Source: Carpediemonas membranifera BICM (lineage: Eukaryota > Protista > Fornicata). From it: a DNA stretch of 64,000 bases. Position numbers and translations under genes: made by a program. Below the pieces are notes generated by a model that worked only from the letters and a program-made list of their open reading frames with translations, searched no databases and was not told where the DNA came from. Where the stretch lies: positions 1 through 64,000 of the forward strand of contig JAHDYR010000042.1 in the NCBI GenBank assembly GCA_019828565.1, read 5' to 3'. The first letter of the stretch is position 1; the number at the start of each line of letters is the position of its first letter. Below, piece by piece: positions 56,061 through 64,000 of the stretch.

Positions 56061-57372
56061 TTAATGTCCATGTCCAGCCATGTTGACAGCCCATGCGCTG
56101 ATGTTGGCAACAGAGATGAGGCCCAGAATAGCGGCAGCGAACGAGACCTCCCGAGGCAGCGGATGCAGCGCGGCAAGGGCCCACAAAGCTACACCGACGA
56201 GCCACGCGGCCTTGCTAAACAGGGCAGCGGCGGCGAGGACGAATACCACGGCGGCGGCGACCTGTGCGAGACTGGGGTACAGCGTCAGGAGGGCGGCGGC
56301 GACAGCAGCGCCGAAGAGGGGCGTGCCGAAGGAGACGGCGTCGGCCACGTGACGGGACCCCATCATCCGGTAGGCAACGGGGGAGAGACCAGCGATGGCG
56401 GCATACGTCGGGCACGTCAGCGCCAGTGCCAGCCCAATTGCCCAGAACACGACTGTCGGGACGTACTCTGATCTGTATCGCGTGGCTAAGACAAGGCACA
56501 CGAGAGCACCCGCCACGGCGCCGAACGAGGGGAGAATGACATCGATCGGGATGAACGTCAGGCGGGGTGTTGCCGGGACGACCCTATAGAGGAACCACCC
56601 TGCATGAAGGTCCTCCTCGAGCGTGCACATGGCTCGGACGAACTGGAACAGGCCGCGCTGAGTGATGTCTGGCATGGAGACGGTGACCGCGTCGACGGGG
56701 TGGGGACGGGCCAGGTACTCACCGTGTACGTCTCCAGGGGTGTCGGCGAATGCATCAGAGAGCAGGGAATGCAGAGCGGGGTAGGACCTGGCCGTGTTGG
56801 CGATAGTCCTGGGCATCCAGGAGGGGAGGGTGCCCTCGAACGAATGACGGGGGAACATCTTGTGGGCGACGATCATAAAGTCGAAGTTGGGCCGTCTGGG
56901 GGTCTCCCCGTGGTATGAGATGACCGGCGTCCGCTTGGTCCAGTCCAGCACAAGGGCTGCCCGTGGGGTCCGGGACGGGGGCGGGAGAGACGCGGCAGAT
57001 GGGGCGGCGCGGACGTTCAGGTTGAGCGTCAGCCAAGGCACGTGTCTGAGGTGCTCGATCTCGTTGAGAAGCGGCTGGTACTGCGTCTGTGAGCCGATGA
57101 ACACGAGGTCAAGGGTATGTGTCTGCGGCGACCGGGCAGCGGGAACGAAGAGGCTGCCTGTGAAGGACGCCAACTTGTATTCGTTGGCATCGTAGTCGAG
57201 GCTTTGGAACTCAATGGCGTGCTCCTCCACTGAGGGCTCGACGGTGGCGCGACTGAGGTCCATGAGCAGCCACAAGCCGAGAACGAACAACGCAGTGGCA
57301 CTTGGTTAGAGAGAAGTGGTAAACAAACAACAGGATAGTCTTTTTGCGGCCAAAATAGGGAACATTCGTCAT
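56061..57372 (-). CDS. GAA1: GPI transamidase subunit GAA1-like; intron 57301-57328
   Basis: N-terminal TM helix; PNFD motif; R....LEEDLHAGWFLY resembles the GAA1 LE.LHQSFF.Y motif; C-terminal TM bundle. Confidence 0.65.
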
Positions 57373-57454
57373 CTCGTCAGCGCTTCTTGTGAGGTCGCAA
57401 GTTGCACGTCAACCTGACAGATGGAGAACTTTACAGACCAGTTGACGGCATGCG

Positions 57455-58803
57455 TCACCCGAAGTTCGCCCTTGTTGCCGGTGATTCCTCGAAATCTTCC
57501 TCGGGGATGTCGAGGGTGAGCATGGGTGTCTTCGCCATCGGCGTCTTCATCAACCGAGCCGCGTCGCCGGGAGTCCGATGGCACGCCTCGGCCACTCTCC
57601 TGATCCTAGTGCTGTAGGAAAGTGCCACGCTGGTGTCGAGCCCACCGAGCAGGGTCGACTCATTGAGACTGCTGCTGTTCATGTTTGGCGTCTTGAATGA
57701 CAGCGTCCGCGCAGTTCCGCCTTCCCTCACGAGCGAGTCGTCCTCCAGCCTAGACCTCTTGGGCGTCTGGTCGAGGGACAGGCCGACGTCGCGCTTGACA
57801 CGGTGGACCCTGGTCTTGGGCTTGCTGGCGTGCTTGGCCGCGACCACTCTCGTCATAAATGCCTGGCAGTCCTTCTGACTCAGCGCGAAGTCTGCGAGGA
57901 AGTCCGACGCAAGGCACTGCTCGACTGTCCACCGCTCGGCGGGGTCCCACCGCAACAGCCCGCGGACCATCTCGAGCGCTTCCTCCGAGGCCCTGGGGAG
58001 GGCCTGGGAGAGGTCCATGAGCTGCCCTACACCCGCGTCGAGGAAGGCAGTGGTGCGTGACATGACGACCTGCTTGAACTCATCGGACATCTCGAGAAAC
58101 TGGGCGATGGAGCACTGAAGCGCTGAGTCCCGGTCACCCTCGAAGAGATAGCCGCGTTTCAGCAGGTTAGCGAGGCAGCAACCGACGGCCCACATGTCTG
58201 TGGCGCCCGAATACTCTGCCCAACCCCACATGGTCTCGGGCGCCTGGAAGTTCAGAGTCGTCTGAGTCAACTCGCCTGAGGAGGAGGCCGAGCCGAAGTC
58301 GGCGATCTTCAGGACCCCCGTGGCAGACAGCAGCAGGTTGGCAGGCTTGAGGTCGCGGTGGATCACCCCTCTCGAGTGGAGGAACTTAAGCCCGTGGAGA
58401 AGCTGGAGGATGATCATCCGGATGTCATTCTCAGTGATTTTGAGCCGCTCGTTCTCAATACAGTCCTGCACGTCGCACAGCATGCCCTCTAGTACAAGGT
58501 AGAGGGTCGAGTTGTGCACGTGCGGCTCGATGAGGCGGATGATGTTCTCATGCTGGAGCTCTCCAAGCATATTGAGCTCCCGCAAGCCAACAAGGTTGAT
58601 GCCATCGGCTTGTGGGTCCGGTGAGATCTGCTGTAAGTCTGATAAGTGAGGCAAACCTTCTTAACTGCGACCATGGTTCCCTCGTCGCCCTCTTTGGTGC
58701 ACATGGCAGCCGATATCCGGCTGAACTTGCCAGTACCGATCTTTTCTTTCTTAACGTAGTGGTCCCATACATCCTTCGTCCCTCCTGGGAATGTCGGCTG
58801 CAT
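57455..58803 (-). CDS. Cyclin-dependent kinase, CDK7-like; intron 58628-58656
   Basis: [46 protein letters not shown]. Confidence 0.85.
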
Positions 58804-58993
58804 TTGGTTGCAATATTTTCTCGAATTCCGACGCTTCTCGACTCCGTCCGAGTTACCAATGCCCATCTAGCAATAACTGCCGGCCTCGCTGACATGCCAG
58901 TGAGCTATGAAGACCGCCCATACTCATTCCCTTTTCCCCGACGAGTCTCGCAGCCCATCACCTGGAGCCCGCCATCATAACAGTGCTAAACAT

Positions 58994-59752
58994 TTATAGC
59001 CCTCCCCGCCGGTTCTTCCGCATCAGCATATGCCTGTTCGTCACACTTGCAAAGTGGATACCGCTGCGTGGCCCACTCACTGGAATCTCCTCGTCCAGCG
59101 TCTCGTCGGCGTCGTCGTCCTCGTACATCGCATTCCACTGCTTCAGGATCTTCCTAGCCATCTGCTTGTGCTTCTCTGCGACATGTGGATGGTGCTCAAT
59201 GGCGCCAAGGGTCTGGGTCAGTCCCGACTGGAGCAGGGTCGGGATGTCGATGACTTCGCTGCCCGTAAGCTGCTCCAGGATCCGGAGACAATGGTCGCGA
59301 TACATAGTGCTGCCGATGGCCCCGCGCTCCTCAGGGCGGAGGAGAGAGTTGACGAGCACGAGGATCTCTTCCTCGATGAGGCTCTTCTGGACGTTGATGT
59401 TGCCAATTTCCGCCAAGATATTCTTCAGAGGACGAAGCATGGTGGCAATCGCCTGCTTGGGGTCCGATACAGCGAACCGCTTGTCCAGAGCCGCGCGCAG
59501 CTCGGCGCAGAGGGTTCTACCTTTCTCGAGGCCGCGCTGAACGATCTCATCGTCCCCGCCCTGGATCCTCTCAAGCTCTTTTGTACGCTTCCGTATGTCA
59601 TCGTCGAATTGGCGGTCAATTTCCACCAAATCCATGGAACGCTTGGGCCTGATGGCCGACAGCCTCCGCAGCTCCGTAAAGTCATCAAAAAACTCTACTG
59701 AATAGTTATCAGCATCCAGCCACGCGGCTTCTATTCGCGGTTCTCCATCCAT
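58994..59752 (-). CDS. IWS1: IWS1/Spn1 transcription elongation factor (TFIIS-N domain)
   Basis: LL.P...G..., L.ILEQL, LLQSGL, HP....K..A.KI..QW. Confidence 0.65.
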   Translation of the reverse strand: MDGEPRIEAAWLDADNYSVEFFDDFTELRRLSAIRPKRSMDLVEIDRQFDDDIRKRTKELERIQGGDDEIVQRGLEKGRTLCAELRAALDKRFAVSDPKQAIATMLRPLKNILAEIGNINVQKSLIEEEILVLVNSLLRPEERGAIGSTMYRDHCLRILEQLTGSEVIDIPTLLQSGLTQTLGAIEHHPHVAEKHKQMARKILKQWNAMYEDDDADETLDEEIPVSGPRSGIHFASVTNRHMLMRKNRRGGL

Positions 59753-59914
59753 TTGCCTGATTGCCCTCGTTTTGTCGCCTGGTCAAATATGGCAAAACAA
59801 CAGAACAAAACGACGCGAAAAGGAGATGGACACGAGCCAATATCTCTCCGCAAGAGGGATTAATGAAGATTCGTTGATGCACTTATAGTTTAGGGGCGAT
59901 TTACGGCAGGTTGC

Positions 59915-60619
59915 TCAATAGATACGGATGGGGTGACCCATGGTGGTCTTGATGTAGAGGCACTTGACGTTCTGCCACTTCTTCTTGAGGAGGGAAACGA
60001 GGAAGTTGATGGAGAGAACAAGGTTCTTGTAGATCTCCTCCTCGGTCATCTTGAGGTGGCCGATGGCGGTGTTGAGGCAGAGGACCTTCTTGAGCTGGAA
60101 CTTGATGGTAGACTGGAGCTCGGCGATCTTCTGGGCAACATCGTCGTTATCAGTGAGGGCAGTGGGGAACTTGCCGGCCTTGGAGAGGGTGGGGCCGAGG
60201 ATACGGGGGATCCTCTTGATCATCGTGTCGGAGCACAGGAAAGCGTCATAGGACTTGGCGAAGCGCTTGACGACCTTCTTGGCCTTCTTGAAAGCCTTGA
60301 GCTGCTCCTCAGTGCGGATGTCGACAGTGATGCCAGCAGCGAGAGCGGCGTCACGCTGAGACTCGTTAAGAAGAAGGCAGATCTTGGCGTTGGGGCGGGG
60401 GTTGGTGGGGAGGACGAAGGAGCCAGAGAAACGCTTGTCCTTCTGGGGGTCGTAGCCCTTGAGGCCAATCTGGAGCTCGATGGTCTCGGTGAACTTGCGG
60501 GGCTTCTCGGCGGAAGCAGCCACGATCTTGGAGATAGACTCACGGAGGAAATCAGAGGGGATCTTGGACACTGAGTAAGAAATTCAAAGCCTACATGGTT
60601 CGTAGGCGCCGCACAAACT
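59915..60619 (-). CDS. RPL10A: 60S ribosomal protein L10a (uL1); start codon apparently split by intron 60571-60618
   Basis: RKFTETIELQIGLKGYDPQKDKRFSG, LGP.L.KAGKFP, KFQLKKVLCL, NFLVSLLKK.WQN. Confidence 0.95.
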
Positions 60620-60774
60620 CCTAACTCGTTCTCAGTTTTTTCATGCACATTTTTTTCGGGAAAAAAAATGTACCGAACGAACAGGACAGAATGAAACGTG
60701 CACGCCGACTCAGCCCAGCCTAATACAGTGTAACCATGCATCCATTACATATACAGCGTTTAAACTTAACTCGT

Positions 60775-61416
60775 CTACTGGGCGCCCGTGTGCTTGAGAG
60801 GAAGGAACAGCTTGAATTCCGGAGGGAGCTCGTCCTCGGTATACAGTCTGTCCGAGAAGTAAATGCGGCGGATGCGGCAGTTGGCGTGGAGCTGCACCCG
60901 GAGCGTCTCAACGTAGTTCGTGCCGTACGCACGGCGGGTGAAGTCAGACAGGTTGAACTGGATCTGGTTCCAGCCGTCATCGAGGCGCATGGGCATGGTG
61001 CACACGAAGGGCTTCACCCGGGTGGTCGACTGGTAGTTCGAGGCACGGAAGCGGCGGCGGATGCCCTTGTCATCAAGGACCTGGACCTCGAAGGTGAAGT
61101 ACTTCTTCAAGTTCTTGATAACCATGACGAGGAAGGGGAGCTTGATGCCGAGGGTCTTCTTGGGATCGGCGGGGCAAGTGATGTATGTCGTCGAAACATT
61201 GCTGCCAAGAAGCTCAAGGACACAAGACTGGATATCAGGGTCAGTGATTCTCTTGATGTGACTGTGTGATTGGAGTACTAGAAGACAACAAACCCGTTCT
61301 GCACTTGCTTGTCCCAAATTTGGAGAGGGCGGGAGCTATGTGAGCTGAAAGAGGAGAACAAACCCAATCGAGTATAGGATAGAGAGGAAGCCGCTTTGGA
61401 AGGTGTTCCTGAACAT
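60775..61416 (-). CDS. CFAP20: Cilia/flagella protein CFAP20 (BUG22); introns 61262-61293 and 61336-61363
   Basis: Spliced start [36 protein letters not shown], followed by the highly conserved body. Confidence 0.97.
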
Positions 61417-61683
61417 TCTTCGCGCTTTGTTGGCTTTCTCGGTTTGTTTCGAAATTTCGATACATGAACAAATGTAACGCACATAAATGGCTATCCAGGC
61501 CTTGAAATCGCAATACGAGACGAGTTTACGACTATTGTGTGCTCTTTGACGCCAGTGCGCCCACGCAGACTGAAGCTTGGCAGACTAAACCCACTCCCAG
61601 TATCTGTTGGCTTTCTTGGTTGCTAAAGTTCTGAGATCACCTTGAACCATGCAGTGAACCAACCGTAAAGCGACCCCTTTATC

Positions 61684-63078
61684 CTAACTCCGACTCCGCG
61701 TGGAGTAAATGCGCCGGAACCCGGCCGTGACGAACCCCAGCACGAAGTCCGACTCCAGCCCCATGGCCCCACCCGCGACTGTGACCAGGTCAGTCGGCTC
61801 CAGTGCCGCGACCTGTGCCTCGAGCGTGCTGACAAACTGCTCCCGTCTCCGGAGAACATCGATGTGGGCGATTGTCAAGGGCTCCTCGTCTGTGGGCCGG
61901 GCGACCTGGACCTTTGCCCGCCCGTCGAGGTCCCGCAGCAGGTCGAGCACCCCAGGCACCATGATTCCCGCGAACCTAGGCCCGCTGGGTGCGGTGTTTC
62001 CGATCCACTTCTCCTCCCATGCCGTCTCCCGTCGGTTCCACTCAGCCCAGCCCGCCGGCCCCTCGATGTCGACCGGTGCGGCAGGGTTGGCGGTGACGGT
62101 GTACATGGTGCCCTGGTGCCCGGACCCGTACGAGTAAACCAGCACGCGGTCCCCGGGGCGCAGTCCGGTCAGCACAGTGCTCATCAGGGCGGTGAACACG
62201 GAGGCCGTGTACGAGTTGCCGGTGCGCCGTGGGATGCGGAGGGCGGGCAGGAGGCGGGACTGGAGCTCCTGGGCCCGGGCCTCGGTCAACTCGACCCCGG
62301 TACGCTCGCAGTGAAGCTCGATGAATTTCCCCATGGCCTTGAGCGCTTGGCGGCCAAAGGGCACGTGCGTGACGACCCTGGCGCAGTCGTCAAGCGAGAG
62401 ACCGGTGCGGTCGGCCCAGCGGGTGTAGCAGTCGGCCGCGTTGGCCATGTACGCATCTATAGACTCCCTGCCGTTCACGATGGGGTACTCGGACCCGAGG
62501 TGGGGCTTGAAGAAGTCCCAGTAGTGGGCCCCGGCGTACACGGGGTCGGGGTTGGCGATCAGAGGGGCGTCGGGGCCGATAAGGACGCAGACCGCACCTG
62601 CACCGCCAGAAGGGATGGCCTTCTCCCCTTGGTAGACGGCAATATCAGTCGCAACGACGAGGCCGTAGCGTTTGGCCGGGTCCCAGAAGGGGGAGGACAT
62701 CTCCTTGACGCACGCCAGGAAGGCGTCTGTCCCGCCATAGCAGGCGTGCACATGGTCACAACAGCCAACATTCGTGGCTTCGGCGAGCTCTGGGAGCTGG
62801 CGAATGAAGGAGCTGATCGACTTGGACTTGTCGACAGAGGACTCGGTCCCAACGTGGAGAAAGCCGATCAAAGGGGCGATCCCGGGGTGCTTAGCGAGGA
62901 GCTTCCTCGTGGCGGATAGCCCGAGGGACACTGAGTCGTTCTCTGGCCCGCACACCGCCATCTCGCGAATGATGAGGCCTTCGAGGCTCCTGGCGGGATT
63001 CAGCGGCTCCATATCGCTTACAAGGGCGTATGTTGGTGGTGCGTAGAGCACCATATCGACGATGCCAACATTCTGCAT
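61684..63078 (-). CDS. HMGS: HMG-CoA synthase
   Basis: VGTES..DKSKS, HACYGGT, DIAVY, GGAGA, DFFKP, SEYP, H.PF, GNSYTAS, SYGSG. Confidence 0.93.
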   Translation of the reverse strand: MQNVGIVDMVLYAPPTYALVSDMEPLNPARSLEGLIIREMAVCGPENDSVSLGLSATRKLLAKHPGIAPLIGFLHVGTESSVDKSKSISSFIRQLPELAEATNVGCCDHVHACYGGTDAFLACVKEMSSPFWDPAKRYGLVVATDIAVYQGEKAIPSGGAGAVCVLIGPDAPLIANPDPVYAGAHYWDFFKPHLGSEYPIVNGRESIDAYMANAADCYTRWADRTGLSLDDCARVVTHVPFGRQALKAMGKFIELHCERTGVELTEARAQELQSRLLPALRIPRRTGNSYTASVFTALMSTVLTGLRPGDRVLVYSYGSGHQGTMYTVTANPAAPVDIEGPAGWAEWNRRETAWEEKWIGNTAPSGPRFAGIMVPGVLDLLRDLDGRAKVQVARPTDEEPLTIAHIDVLRRREQFVSTLEAQVAALEPTDLVTVAGGAMGLESDFVLGFVTAGFRRIYSTRSRS

Positions 63079-63246
63079 AACCAGTGGCTCGTCTCGACTG
63101 AATCGAATCGCACCCGACGGGATCCGCCTTGGCCGAGGGTGCCGTCGCGCCGGACAGCCGGGGCCATCGAATGAGTGGGATCTGTGTGATGACTGGCTCT
63201 GCTCAACCTGTGCACACCCGCCGGACACGCACGAAACGTTAAGGAT

Positions 63247-63976
63247 TTAAAATGCGTCAAACATACTCGTCGAGTGCGTTCTCGCCATTGGTGACGCGCT
63301 AGGGCTCACACCGCCGTAGCTGTGGTCGGACTCGTTGCCGCGGAGGTAATCGGGCGCAGCAAACTCGTTTTCCAGCGTGAACATCCCAACTGACGACGCA
63401 GCAGACAATAGTGCGCCCGAGTTAGTCATGGACCCGAAGCCCGTGTCGGACCCCGCGCTGTCGCTGAGGTATCCATTCGTGGGGATCTCAAGGCGGAACT
63501 CGGAGCACGGCTCCTCCAGCGGGACATTCATCATGGTCTGCTGTCGCCTGAGGGCCTCGCGGTGGTCCATGTGGGGCAGCATGCTGTCCGTCTTCCCCTC
63601 GCTGGGCACCGTCCCGTCCAGCCGGAGGTGCGTCACCGCGCCGGCCTTGCCCTCTTGACGCTCCTTGACGGTGGTGTTGAGGAAGACGGGCTTTTTACCC
63701 CCCTCTGATGGGCGAATATATGAGCGAAGAAGGTCGCGGCCGCTCTTTTCCTCAATGAGGGGCTTGAACTCGTCGGTGGCATAACTATATATCTGTGTAA
63801 CAAGGGGTTAGAATGGGCCATACGTTGTTTGTTTCAGATTTGATGGCAACAAGAAGTGAACAACCCGTCAAGGACGCAAGTTCGTTGGCTTTGCGCAACA
63901 GCCCCTGTTTGCGCTTCGAGAATGCGCTAAGTCTCTTCCGCTTATCTGTAATACGCTGGCTGTTACGATTATTCAT
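63247..63976 (-). CDS. SRF-type MADS-box transcription factor; intron 63793-63823; may extend past window end
   Basis: ITDKRKRLSAFSKRKQGLLRKANELASLTG...SET..IYSYAT..F.PLI. Confidence 0.9.
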
Positions 63977-64000
63977 TCCTTCGCTTGATTCCTCCGTTGT

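Noticed and set aside
42433-63976. Many long antisense and alternate-frame ORFs in the ORF track
   Set aside because: They are shadows of GC3-rich real genes.
1-64000. Prokaryotic operon or defence-island interpretation
   Set aside because: Spliceosomal introns and eukaryote-specific genes (CFAP20, GLE1, DCP1, MADS box) show the DNA is eukaryotic.

Overview
Eukaryotic DNA from a compact, GC-rich protist genome. Tiny introns with the branch point fused to the 3' splice site and very short intergenic gaps suggest a Carpediemonas-like metamonad (inference only). The window has two compartments. (1) 1-41.3 kb is a nested transposable-element cluster containing: a head-to-tail array of CRE-clade RLE non-LTR retrotransposons; a truncated DIRS-type element; a cassette bounded by ~565-bp inverted repeats (Cdc7-like kinase, degenerate tyrosine-recombinase-like ORF, two OTU proteases); a Transib/Chapaev-like DDE transposase split by a 6.35-kb retro-insertion (12-bp TSD); a mini-LTR chromovirus with an anomalous 3-kb insert; and a solo LTR. 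(2) 41.5-64 kb is a dense run of host genes: NADAR, TmcB-like, RPAC2, CWC27, DCP1, GLE1, MFS transporter, PDK1, GAA1, CDK7-like, IWS1, RPL10A, CFAP20, HMG-CoA synthase and an SRF-type MADS box. The best candidate for an undescribed system is the 22161-28509 retroelement. It encodes an apparently catalytically intact Maelstrom (MAEL/DEDDh-ECHC) nuclease and an APE endonuclease but no RT. All family assignments come from motif recognition by eye; no database searches were run.
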